NCBI RefSeq assembly: GCF_030684315.1
Contig: NC_081387.1
Location: 17,487,309-17,551,308 of the forward strand
Direction of reading: 5' to 3'
DNA from: Stegostoma tigrinum
Lineage: Eukaryota
DNA length: 64,000 nt
Position numbers and translations under genes: made by a program. This document shows, piece by piece, positions 42,352 through 54,130 of this stretch. The notes under the pieces were generated by a model, which made no database searches, was not told the origin of the DNA, and saw only the letters and a list, made by a program, of their open reading frames with translations. The stretch's first letter is position 1. Every line of letters begins with the position of its first letter.

Positions 42352-42513
42352 AGATAACAAGGTGTAGAGCTATGAACACAACAGGCCAAGCAGCATCAAA
42401 GGAGTAGAAAAGCTGATGTTTCGGGCCTGGACCCTTCTTCAGAAAATGGAATTTCTGTAATGTTTCCTTGTAATCTCAGATTCTCCAGCATCTGCAATTC
42501 CTACTATCTCTGA
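42352..42513. mobile_element. Short Penelope-derived element with hammerhead motif
   Basis: Minus-strand CTGAAGA-A-GGGTC/CA/GGCCC-GAAAC-ATC (42442-42415). 13-bp TSD ACTAGT(C/T)TGTCCA (42339-42351, 42514-42526). Confidence 0.78.
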
Positions 42514-45500
42514 ACTAGTTTGTCCAACCTCCTTGTATAGCTCATGCTGTGTAATCCAGGCAGTATCCTGTTAAGACAGTTCTGCAATGTTTCCAAAGCC
42601 TCCACATCCTTTCTGTAATGTGACTATTAGAATTGGACACAATACTCTTAAGTGCTGCCTAACCAAAGTTTTATAAAAGCTGCAATGTGGCTTCACGCCT
42701 CTTGTACTCAATGACCCAACTAATAAATGCAAACATACCTTTAAACCTGATCGACTTTTGTGACCACTTTCAGGGAGTTATGGAAGAAGGCTCCAAGATA
42801 CCTGTGTACGTCAATGCTGTTAAGGGTCTTGCCATTAACTGTATACTTTCCTTTAATATTTGATCTCCCAAAATGTACCATCTCATACTTGCCCAGATAA
42901 AACTGCATTTGCCATTTCTTCACCTATACCTGCAACTAGTCTATATCCCGCTGTATCCATTGTCAACCTTCTACACTGTCCACAACTTCACCGATCTTTG
43001 CATCATCTGCAAACTTACTAACCCAATTATGCCTTCATCCAAGTAATTTATAGAAATCACAAACAGCAGAGGTGCCACTAATGATCCCTGTGGAACACAA
43101 CTAGTCATGAAGTCTAGCCAGGAAAACACCCTTCCACCACCACCCTCTGTCTTCTATGGGCAAGCCAATTCTGAATCTAGTGGCCATATCTCACTGGATT
43201 GCATACATCGTACTCTTCTGGATGAGCCTACCATGAAGGGAACTTGACAAAAGCCTCACTAAAATCCAAGCAGACAACATCCGCTGCTCTACCCTCCATC
43301 GATCACTTTCATCACCTCTTCCAAAAAAATCTATCAAGGTTAGTAAGACATGACCTGCCCTGCACAAAACCACGCCATGTAAATCCTTTACCTAAGAAAC
43401 TTCTAGACTGCTTCCAAACCACCAATGTGAGGCCCACCAGTCTATAATTTACTGGATTACCCCTATTTCCCTTCTTGATCACAGGAACAACATTAGCTAC
43501 TTGCTAGTCCTCAGGGACCTCTCCAGTGGTTAGAGAGGATAGAAAGATCTTGGTCAAGGCCCCAGCAATCTCATTTCTTGCCTCTCTTAATAGCATTGGT
43601 GGATCTCATCAGGGCCTGGGGTCTTGTCCACCTTCATGCTCTTCAAGAAAGCCAACGATACTTCTTTCTTGACCTCAAAATGCCAGAGCATATTGGCATG
43701 CCCCACACTAATCTCACTATCCTCCATGTCCTTTTCTCTGGTGAATACTCATTTAGGTTCTCACCCATATCCTCTGCCTCCAAGCACAAGTTCCCTCCTT
43801 GAATGGCCCTACCATCTCCATAGTAATCCTATTGCACTTAATTAATTAATCTATAAAATGCCTTGGGATTCTCCTTAACCCTACTTGTCAAAGACATTTC
43901 ATGACCCCTCCTTACTCTTCTAATTCCCTGCTTCCTTTCAATTCCTCACAGACCCAGTCTAATTTTAGCTTCTTAACCCATACGTATGCTTCCTTTATCT
44001 TTTTAACTAAATCCACAAGCACCTTCATAATCTATGTGTCCCATACCTTGCCATCTTCTCCTTCCTCCTTACTGGAACATGTCAGTCCTGAACTCTTGCC
44101 TAATATTGTTGAAATTTACTCTTGCCCCAATTTAGTAATTTCCCACAAGTTCAAGACTTATTCATAGTTATCTTAAAATTTAAGGAGATGTGATCACCGT
44201 TTCCAAAATGCTGTCCAATTGTGAGGGCAGTCACCTGGCCAGATTCATTTGGCAATACAAGATCCAGTATGGCCACTCTTCAAGTTGGACTATATACATA
44301 ATGTTTCAAGAAACCCCCTTGGATGTACCTAACAAATTCTGCAAAGTCTTGCTATAAAGAAGTCCCAGTCAATATTGCAGAAGTTAAAGTCACCCACTCT
44401 ATTGTCTTTGAATCTTTCCATGATCTGCCTACATATCCATTCTTCAGTGTCCCTGTTTGGGGGAGTGGGTAGGGTTAACAGTATAATCCCACAAGAGTGA
44501 TTGCACCATCTTTATTTTTGAGCTCTCCCTGTGTTACCTAAGTGGATGAGCCTTCCTCTCCTCTCTGAGTGCAGTTGTGACATTTTCCTTGATTAGTAAT
44601 GCAAGGGGACTCTCAGTTAAAACTGAGATATAAAGAAATTTCTTCTCCCAGAGGGCAGTGAACGTCTGGAATTCTCTACCTCAGAGAGTTATGGAATCTA
44701 GATCACTGAAAGTATTGAAGAGGAAGTAGATGAATTTTTGTCATATCAAGAAGTTGAAGTCTATGAAGAACTGGCGTGAAAGGGGAATTGAGTCCTGGGG
44801 CTGAATAGCCATGATCATCTTGAATTGCAGGGCAGGCGTTAGGGACTGAATGCCCTATTCAGGCTTCTATTTCTTATGCTTTCATGTAACTGTAGGAAAC
44901 TACAGGGCCTTCTTGATCCAGTGTATTGAAGGAAACCACTTCCTGGTCTAACTAGTAGAGTCCCTTGTCGTGAACAAGATGCAATCATTGCATGTTTGCA
45001 ATGAGTTGGAGATTACATTATTTATTGTAACAGACTTTCGGGAGGACTAGATATTAGGTCTCACTCCTTTTGTGATCCTAAGCTGTTCATGCCTGAAGTC
45101 CATATGATATCATCTGTATGGACGATGCTCATGGTTTTCTTCAGTTTTAACCCTTTTAGACTCACCAACAACAGAAGAGATACTTATTTTCTATATTTAC
45201 ATATCGAATGGAGCAAGAATGAATAATTTTGGTAAGTATCCTGCTTGTCAGCTTTACCAGATTTTGCCTGTTCTGTTTATCTGTCTGACAGTCGATAGCT
45301 CAGGAAATACGATAATTGAATGGTGATCCTTCCATTATTCTGAGAATGAGCAATACATGGATAGGATAGGAAAGCCTAATTTACTCCCTGTTTGGGACAA
45401 ATTTCAACAGACAGAGTTCCATATTTATGTTATATAATATTATACAAGAGACATTCTGCACCCAGTGCCCTCCAAGTATTAAAGGAGTGTTTCTGTACCC

Positions 45501-46339
45501 AGTCACTGCGCCATCTGAGTACTGACGGAGTGTTCCTGTACCCAGTTATGATGCCTCTGAATACTGAGAGAGTGTTTTAGTATCCAGTCACTGATCTGTG
45601 GGTACTGCAGTTATGCATGGATGTGAATTTTTCTATTTATTGGCATGGTACCATTAATCCTTTGGACACTTACGTTGATGTTTTGAGATGCAGATCACTG
45701 ATTTATTGTCAAGTGTAACGAAGTACAGTGAAAAGTTTTGTTTATGAGCAGTATGGGCAGATCACTATGAGCAAGGATGTACAGATCATAAAGACCTTAG
45801 ACTGAGGCGTACAGGTTACATTGCACAGGGAAGATCAGCGTTAGCAAGATCAGTATTATTTGAGCCTAGAGAGTCCATTCATCAGTCTACTAACAGCCAC
45901 GAATCAATACCTTCAGCTTGACTACCTAACATTCCATTACATGACAGAGGTTGATTAGAGATGTACTGTCATTGCAGCACATGCTGTCTGCACAGATGTA
46001 AGTCTGCTTGTTGAACCCAGAAGACACACAGGCGTATTGTATTTTGTTTGTGATAATGCCCCTACCATCCCCTCCCTATACTCTGACAGTTCTGATAAGT
46101 ACCTCTGCTGTTGACAAATCCCTCACAATTGCTTCACTGCGGTTCTCAATTTCTCTTACATTTCGCAGAATTTAATGTCACATTGTGCTTCCTGCACAGT
46201 TCCAGATAGAGAGGCCTCTGCACATTAGGAATTTGGAATGTGCAAAACTTGGAGAAGTACCTGAACAGATTTGCTGTCTTTTCACAATTGGTATCCTACT
46301 GTTATCTTGTTCGCCCATGAAGGTGTACCTCCTGTTTGA

Positions 46340-46990
46340 GAGCTATGTTTGTTGTAGACAGTTCAGCGGGAGCTTTGCTCTCTATCTAACCCAGTTCTGA
46401 GGAAGGATCACGAGACCCAGAACATTAACTCCGATTTCTCTTCACAGATGCTGCCAGACTTGCTGAGCTTTTCTGGCAACTTCTGTTTTTGTTTAACACT
46501 ACTGCATCTGTCCGGGGCGTGTTTCCTGGGGATAGTTTTCAGGGACTTTTACTGTATATCAAACCACGTGCTTTATCAGTTCTGGGAGTGTTTGATGGGA
46601 CATTGTCATGGGGCTTTACTTTTCAGCTTTAAAGAGTAGAAGGAGCTTTACTGTGTGTCTAAATCCTGTGCTGTCCCTGCCCTGCGAGTATTTAATGGGA
46701 ACAGTGTAGAGAGTTTTTTCATCCCATATCTAACCCTAGGTTGTACCTGTCATGGGTGTATTTGATGAGGACACTTTACTTTGGAATTAACCCTGCGCTG
46801 TATCTGTCCTGGGAATATTTCATAGGACAGTGTAGTATCTAACCCTGTGCTGTCCCCATTCTGGGACTGTTTGGTGGGGGCAGTTTCGAGAGGTTTACTT
46901 TCAGTTTGTTTTCAGTTTAAAAGAATAGAAGGGACTTCACTCTGCATCTAACCCTATACTGTACTTGTCCTGTGAGAGTTTGATGTGACT
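46340..46990 (-). repeat. Same tandem repeat (unit about 68 bp) in opposite orientation
   Basis: GGGAGTGTTTGATGGGAC...GCTTTACT...ATCTAACCC units. Confidence 0.75.
46392..46492 (+). mobile_element. Penelope-derived short element, decayed hammerhead
   Basis: AGTT-CTGAGGA-AGGATC-ACGA-GACCC-AGAACATT-AACT followed by the family body. Confidence 0.65.
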
Positions 46991-47399
46991 ATTGCTAAGG
47001 ATCGATAACTGCAACTGGCACTTCCAATAACATTGTCATACTTTGAGTTGTGAATATATACGCTCGATCATCCCTTCCTCTAATCTCCCCTGCCCTACTC
47101 CTCCCTCTAGATATCTGCACTTTTCCAATTCCTCTTCTGCAACTATGGCCCCGCCATGAGCGCCTGTGCTTTCGGCTACCTGGGCTCTGAACTCTAGAAT
47201 TCCCTCCATATATCTTTCTGCCTCTCAATGTGCTGCCAGAAGCAGGCGTGTTTGTCATTATTGAAAGTCCTGCTATGATGCTGTGTCTCGGGGAGCATCT
47301 GTCTGCTTTTTTAACCAGAATTATCAGGTATTGTTAAAATTAGTGTTCATTGTCAAAAGTAATTAAACGTTCAGCATTTTATCTCTGGACGTGTGGGCA

Positions 47400-47413
47400 C
47401 TGCCATCTACTGG
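47400..47413 (-). promoter_or_regulatory. CTCF core motif
   Basis: CCAGTAGATGGCAG on the minus strand matches CCASYAGRKGGCRS, in non-repeat sequence. Confidence 0.5.
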
Positions 47414-48699
47414 GCATGACAGTGACTGCTTTGAGTCTGTGTTCATATACAAATAACACTGCATGTGATAGTCCACTGCCTCTGTGAAACCCTCACAGCC
47501 AGGCAGATTTCCAAGGATGAAGGTTTAACAGCCCTAATCTGAAATGATGAAAAGCTCATGTTTCCCACACCCCAGATTGTGGTGAACAATGAAACTGGAG
47601 AGTCTTCATTGCTCCATTGAACTCTTAATGGCACAAAGCTCTGGATTTCCCATCCTAAATCTCGTTACCCTTCTCTCCATAAGGCTCTCCTTAAATTCTA
47701 TGCCTTTAATTGACCTCCTGATCACTGGTTCTAATTTCTCTTTCAGTAGCTCTGCATAATATTTTGTCTGAAAATTGTGAAGCACCTTGGGAAGTATCCA
47801 CTCAATTAGAGACTACTTTAGTGTCCCCAGGCAATGCTTTTAACTTTTAAGACTTTCATCCTTGTTTGAAAATAAGTGAACATTGTGTGGTAAGCAGACA
47901 GGAAGAGGAGAATTAGGGGAGGGGATGGGGTCAGGAGGTAGGATGAGCTGATTGATGGAGAGACAGTGGATGGGAAGACTCTAGGACATGGGAATAGGAA
48001 TGGGGCCGATTAAAGATCAGGGAAGCAAGCTGGGCTGTGAATGGAAATGGGATGGATTTTGAGGTAGTCACCAAGGAGGGTTAATGGTTGAAGTGGAAAA
48101 GCCGGAATGATAAAGATTTCTTTAATCATCATCTGTGAAATACATGACGGTCTACTGACAGAGACAGAGAGAGCCTCCAGAATATAGGCTGGAAGGCATT
48201 TTCCCCAGATGTGCTCATTGAGTTGTTTAAAATTTCAAGCTCATCTAAACTGATTAATTAGGGATTGATTGCTGATGCTGAGTACTGGGAGAGTACACCC
48301 CCGAAACAAAAAACCCACGTCGCTAGTCTCAGAGGTGATGATTAAATTGTAAATGAGAACAGTATTCAGCAACCTGCCTCCAGGGTTACAGGCAGCTATT
48401 TTCGGCAAGGAATCAAAAGAGCTTTTTATAGCATTGGAAAACATCACCTCCAGCATTAGATTAACATGGAGGGTGTACTCTCTGTATACCTTTTTGGAGG
48501 ATTCAATTCACAATTTCAAAACGCAGGTGTGAAGGACTGAATTCCAAGAAATTTCAGCTATCATTTGCTGAGAGGGAGAAAACCCAGGAGTGTTTTTCAC
48601 TGGGGAAAGCAGCATGAAGTATGATTAATGTGTTTGCAAAAGAAAACTGCAGTGACCTATCAGGTTCACTCATTTACACCAAGCACATGTGGTATGATA

Positions 48700-49075
48700 T
48701 TAGATATTTCCTAACTGGGATAAGGATGTGTTATATAATATATACAGGAGCATATACCTCTGCAACAGTGTATTAGATAACATATCCAACAGTATTACAC
48801 TCCTTGAAGTGTGTTATGTAAGAGAGGATTGTTATACCCTGTAACACACAAAATGTGTTATGAGATATATATATATAGACTGATAAAGTCCTGTAAAAAT
48901 TGTTTATTACATAATATGTAAAAGCATTATATCCTTGTAACACTCAACATTATTTAATATATTCAGGCATGTTTACTCCTGTAACAAAAATGTATAATAC
49001 AATATGAACAGGAGTGCTACATCCCTGTCGCACTACTTTTGTTACATGCTATTGGCCAAAGTATTATACCCATGA
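48700..49075. repeat. Degenerate tandem repeat, unit about 56 bp
   Basis: Recurrent TATTATACCCCTGTAACA-like units. Confidence 0.6.
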
Positions 49076-49079
49076 AAAA

Positions 49080-49430
49080 TCATGTCAAATCACTTTGTCT
49101 TGCACTCATCAGGACAAATTGCAAGAAGTATCAGTGTAAAGAGAAAAACTGTATATTATACTGTATGGGAAGAGTTATCTCTGATTATGAGGGCATTGCC
49201 ATGAAAAATGCCTGAGATAATGATGACTGACAGCTAACTGTTATATCCCTTTTGGCTGTTTGCAAAAAAATGTACCAACCATGCCAAACCAGGTAATGCC
49301 AACAAAATTCACAGTTTCCAACATTAGTTCTGATTCAACAACTGGACAGTAATTGCCAAATATTCCTGAGCATGCAAAGAATCATGTTGACAAACAACTT
49401 AGGATTGACAGTCCAACGCTCTATCTGAAA
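49080..49430 (-). mobile_element. Old Penelope-like fragment with hammerhead remnant
   Basis: Minus strand TGTC-CTGATGA-GTGCAAGAC-AAAG...GACA at 49083-49116, with a 4-bp stem I. Confidence 0.5.
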
Positions 49431-51650
49431 TAACTACTGAGGCCATTATCCCAGCACCAAGTTACTCTTTATTTACATGTGCATAGCACTTGACACTGGT
49501 CCAATGTCCTCCGAGCAAACAGAACCTGTGACACTTCTGTTTATACCTGTTAACCAGGGTCCCTGTTGGATCGGGGAATTTTCACTCTGACGTTGATCTG
49601 GCTGACCTTGTTAAAATCCCTCCATCCTTCCCTCTCCGATTGCACTGATGTAGGCCTGTTCCTTCTCTTGTGGCATCTTCTGGGGCACCCAGTCTAGTTT
49701 CTTTGACTCACCCTCGGATACAGGTGTGGTGAGTTTAAAATTGGACTGTAGCCTGCCTCTTGCCCCCAGACCACGTTACAATAAATTTGTACTCTTCTTC
49801 AGGCAGTCAAAGCATCAATGCTGCAACATAGGCCACTCCATCTCAGACTTCGTTTCTTCGAGGCTAACTGGAGAGAGAGCACCAGAGGTTCTGACAGCCT
49901 TCCCAGCTGTTCTAAGGGGCTGGGTATGTTTTGCTCCTACCCTATTTGCGAATTTGCAGCTTTCATGTGATCCACGTGTTTGTTCTAGTTTGCTTCATCT
50001 ACCCGAACTTTCTACATTATGGGATCTGACCTCGCTTTGACTCAGCCTTTTACCCATGCAGCGCTATGGTTTTGATACCAAACTTGGTGCCCTGAAGTAA
50101 ACTCCCCATTAGAAACTCTGCTGGAGTTTTCCCTGTAGATGTATGAGGGGTGGTATAATCAAATGGGAACCAGGACAGTTTGGTATTGAGACGAGCTGTT
50201 TATTTAAGCCTGCCTTCAAAGTTTGGACGTCTCCTTCCAGACCATTGAATGATGGATGGAATGGAGCTGTGCTGAAATGCCAAATGATCTTTTGGAAATA
50301 CTCAATTTCTGTGCTGGCAAATGTTGACCCGTTGTCAGTGACCAACACTTCCAGGAGCCTATGTGTTGCTAGCAACTTTTCTATTGTTGTCCCTGTGTTT
50401 AATGAATGCGTTCTATGCATGTCCAACCACTTTGAGTGGGCATCCACATTGACCTGCACAGTTGACATGTGACCAGGTGCAGGGTTTACTGGGCCATTCC
50501 CATGAATGTGGGGGATCTGCTGGAGTAATTTTTACCCTTTTTATGGCTCTCTGGGCATTGCCCCCACCAGTTAGCATCCAGTCTGGTCCACAAGATATAA
50601 CTTCATACCAACATCTTCATGTTGAACAGCCTGGATGACCCTAGTGGGGTTCAGTCAGTATCTGGCAGTGACCTTTGCTCAGGACAATCATTCTTGTTTC
50701 CTGTAATAAAATGCCAACCTCTATGGTGATTTGGACTTGCCTGGTACAAAAAGGTTTCAATTCTGGTTATAATGGCCCTTTTGCTTCCCCCATCACCACC
50801 AGCTGTTTTAGTTTTGCCAGAACAGGATCTTTCTGCGTTCACGGTCTGATATTGTCAGCTGTGACTGGAAGAGTGTCCAGAAAATTTAAAATGAGAACAA
50901 ATTCTTCCAGTGGCAGCAGGAAGCTGCTCAGGGCATCTGAATTTGCTATTTGGCCTCTCAGAATCAAAATGAGAGCCCATTGCTGGGTTCGACCTGAAGC
51001 GTTGGGCAGCATGGCCTTATCCTCTTTCAGTAGCCCCATCAGAGGTTTGTGGTCTATTACCATTATGAATTTATATCCATAAGAGTATTGGTGAAATTTT
51101 CTCACACCAAAGATGACCGCCTAGTCTTCCTTCTCTGTTTGCTCAAAGTCCAGGAAGCGTTCCTCTCCATTGGGCTATCTGTGAGCCAACACGACCCCAA
51201 TACCATATGGGGAGCCATCACACATGAATGCCTGATCTTGGTTGGGATTGTAGTGTGCCAGCACCTTAGATGAGGATAGCTGCTTCTTCACTTCCCTAAA
51301 GGCTGCATCTTGAACGGGCGTTTCCAAAGCTGACACTTTTTCAATAGCAAATATACAGGTGACAGGATGGAGGCCAGGTTACACATAAACCTTCTAAAAT
51401 AGTCCACTGATCCAAGGAAGGGCCTATCCTCCAGTATAGACATGGGCGCTGGGGCACTTTTAATTGGTTTTACTTTATCTGCCAATAGGTATAACCCATT
51501 CTTGTTGATTCAGTAGCCCAGATAAGTCAATTGATGTGCCTGGAACACACACTTTCCCTCCAGCATACACCTGCCTTGGAGAAACGTCTGAGGACTTTGC
51601 CCAAGTTCTGTGAATGCTCGTTATAGGTCTTCCCTGTTATTAACACATCT
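49430..51650 (-). mobile_element. Decayed Gypsy/Ty3 LTR retrotransposon (RT-RNase H-integrase remnant and 3' LTR)
   Basis: Integrase VDAHSKWL...VLVTDNG...TAPFHPSFNG (50109-50468), RNase H IDHKPLMGLL (50839-51105), RT connection PFLGSVDYFRRF (51288-51485). Polypurine tract at about 49621-49637. Confidence 0.85.
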
Positions 51651-52139
51651 TCTCAAGGACAACCAAAGATATGCAATAAATCCTGACACAGCCAGTGATG
51701 CATACATCCCCCGAAATTTTGAAAACATCCTTAGTTCTGGAGTGATACGATGGGTGTAGAAGTTCCCATGGAATGAATACTCCCAAAACATTCAGTGAAG
51801 TTCACCTTTCCCTTTTTAATCTGTTAAAATAGTTGTTAAAAGAAACAAAATCCCCAATCCACTTTATAGTTAACAAATAACAATGTGTTTATTTAACCCT
51901 AACAATGAACAAATTAACTGAATTACTAACAAACTAAACAATTCCCCCCTAAGCACTAACTATTCTCTACGGGAACAAAATTCTACTGGAATGCTGTAAA
52001 AATAAGCACAAGTCCCACTTGTAAATATCAAATAAATAAGACAACAATAAAATAAAACTTTATCTCTCCAAATTCACACAGACTGTCTCTTCTGAAACAT
52101 ACCTTCTCCAGCCTTTCTTCTACTGATTCTCCTTTTAAC

Positions 52140-52660
52140 ATTTTATTCATTTCGGTATGTGGGCATTGCTGGCTAGGCAGCAATTATTGCCCTGAAGGCA
52201 GTTGAGAGTCAAACACATTGCTGTGGGTCCAGAATCACATGTAGACCAGGCCAGGTAAGGATGGCAGTTTCCTTCCCTGAATGACATGAGTGAACCAGAT
52301 GGGCTTTTCTCCCGACACTCAAATTCCATAATCTGCCTGGGCCGGATTTGAACCCAGGTCCCCAGGACATTATTTCTGAGATAGTGGGAATTGCAGATGC
52401 TGGAGAATCTGAGATGACAAGGTGTAGAGCTGAATGAATACAGCAGGCCGAGCAGCATCAGAGGAGCAGGGAGGCTGATGTTTTGGGCCTAGACTCTTCT
52501 TCAGAGGTTCTGGTCCTGAAACATCAGCCTCCCTGCTCTTCTGATGCTGCTCTGCCTGATGTGTTCGTCCAGCTCTACACCTTGTTATCTGTTTCCCCAG
52601 AACAATATCTGGGTCTCTGGGTTAACAGTCAAATGAGAATACCACTAGACCATTGCCTCC
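52140..52660 (-). mobile_element. tRNA-derived SINE (same family as 20741)
   Basis: Reverse-complement B-box GGATTTGAACCC and reverse-complement tail GCCAGCAATGCCCACATACCGAAATGAATAAAA. Confidence 0.7.
52376..52590. mobile_element. Short Penelope-derived fold-back element nested in a SINE
   Basis: Inverted arms meeting at decayed hammerhead cores (about 52473-52530). Same family as 42352 and 2660. Confidence 0.7.
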
Positions 52661-53649
52661 CTGCTGTCATGGCTGTTTTCTCTGTAAAGACTCTTAGGTA
52701 AAAGTGCTGTGATGCTTTTGACAGTCAAGATGGTGCTTTCTTGTGAGAGCTAGGTGCTCATTTCTTGGATGGTGGTTCACTCTCATCCCTTCAGCTGGCC
52801 GTTGTTCTCCCTGCTGACTTTCCAAATGTCCTTTTCTAATACCCTTGGTGATCTGTCTATTTCTTACACTGGAATTGGTCCCAGGTTGTCAACACCATCA
52901 GATTTAAATTGAATTGGCTTTCAGTATCTAAAGCCTGGTTTAAATTAATTAACTAAATTCAAAAACCTGTTGCCTTGATAAAAATGCTTTGCCTACTAAC
53001 TATGTAACCCTTCAGTATACATGTTTCAATTCATGATCACTGTGCAGCTGCTTGCAGATATTTTGTTTAAATCTCAGAGCGTATTTCTAAGCTATATCTC
53101 TTAAAGGGACCACAAGTTTTTTTTAACAAACAAATTCTAACTTATTGCCTTCCAATTTGTGAGTATTGTACACAACTTCAATAACAGGAGTGTTGGGGTG
53201 GGAGGGTGCTTCCTCGGTTTGAGGATGACTGAAGGCTCATGCAAGTCTTTAAGTATTCTTGCTGGACTCAAAGTCTCGAAGCAAATGCCGAACCAAGAAA
53301 GTACAAAAGGGTCTTAACTGCTTAAGATAATTGGGCCAAAGAACTGAAGAAGTTATCAAGGAGAATTGTTCTGCACACTGAGCTGCTTTGTGATGTGTAA
53401 TTATGACAGCGAGTCCCATTGTAACTTCCAAAGGGAATTTTGAGGACAACAGAGCTTGATGGACAGGTATATCCCTCGAAAGGCTGGGTCCCTTTAACTG
53501 ACCGTGAGGAATGTCACTTTAAGGATCAGAGAATCACGGTGTTTTGCCAGAACTGGTCAATCAGTAACAAAAGCTACACTGCAAACAGATTAGACCAGGT
53601 AATGTACACCACAAAGCAAAAAAAGAGCCCTGTCCAATCCTGGTTCTAC

Positions 53650-53754
53650 CTTTATCCGTAGGGATCTGAAGCGGGGTATGGCTGGCCGCCGGGAGCTGAT
53701 CCGCTGCTGCCTCAGTGAGGCACTCCTTTCTCTGAAAAAACTCTTCAAGCTCAT
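53650..53754 (-). CDS. Candidate alternative first coding exon, MSLKSFFRERSASLRQQRISSRRPAIPRFRSLRIK
   Basis: ATG with A at -3 (GAAAATGA) after an in-frame TAG, 35 codons, donor AAG|GTAGAA in phase 0, compatible with the phase-0 exon at 33354. Lies in a GC/CpG-rich non-repeat island. No homologue recognised. Confidence 0.38.
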
Positions 53755-54130
53755 TTTCCGGGTCTCTTCTCTCTTGGTCAGGAGCGGATTGCGTCGCTGC
53801 ACTGACTACCTCCTCCTCTCGCTGGCTTTTCAAGCTGCTCGTTCCCCTCAGGCTGCCGATCCAGCTCTGCCTCCACGGTGGCGAGTTACAGGTGACCTGG
53901 CCTGAGCCTCGCTCTCTCCACCACCACTCCCCCCCCCCCCCCCCCCCCCACCAACTTCAACTCTTGCCCCTCCTCCAGATCCACCCCTCTCACCTGAGCA
54001 GGTGCTGAAGCTCAGCTCCCCCACGCAAGCTACAGAATTGGACTCCGCTCTTGTTCCGCTCCAGAGATCTGAGAACATGATCTCGCCAGAGGAGGTCTCT
54101 GTGCAGTACTGGGAGAGGCTGTGTGTTTAG
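53755..54130 (-). promoter_or_regulatory. GC/CpG-rich 5'UTR- or promoter-like island
   Basis: Elevated CpG, a long C run (about 53929-53949), and a second strong donor CAG|GTGAGA at 53994/53993. Confidence 0.4.

Larger units (their letters stand above)
41586..44601 (-). mobile_element. Minus-strand CR1 (endonuclease to 3' tail) nested in the older CR1
   Basis: WQMQF...MVHFG and reverse-complement KFADD at about 43000. Tail at 41586-41610. Confidence 0.85.
40270..44885 (+). mobile_element. Older plus-strand CR1 (40270-41585, resuming 44602-44885) split by insertions
   Basis: KFADDTK at about 40672. The 3' sequence is continuous across the 41585/44602 break. Confidence 0.75.
51743..53186. mobile_element. 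Probable solo LTR (containing a nested SINE)
   Basis: TG...CA termini (TGATA...TAACA) with a 4-bp TSD GGAG at 51739-51742 and 53187-53190. Confidence 0.55.

Noticed and set aside
45160-45231. Plus-strand 72-nt exon-like segment (ttttag|...|gtaagt)
   Set aside because: No recognisable peptide or partner exons. Such sites occur by chance in 64 kb.
53561-54078. One long first exon joined across a poly-C frameshift (MFSDLW...EEFFQRKE)
   Set aside because: Requires an assembly error in the homopolymer and ends in phase 1 with no matching exon found. Not excluded without raw reads.
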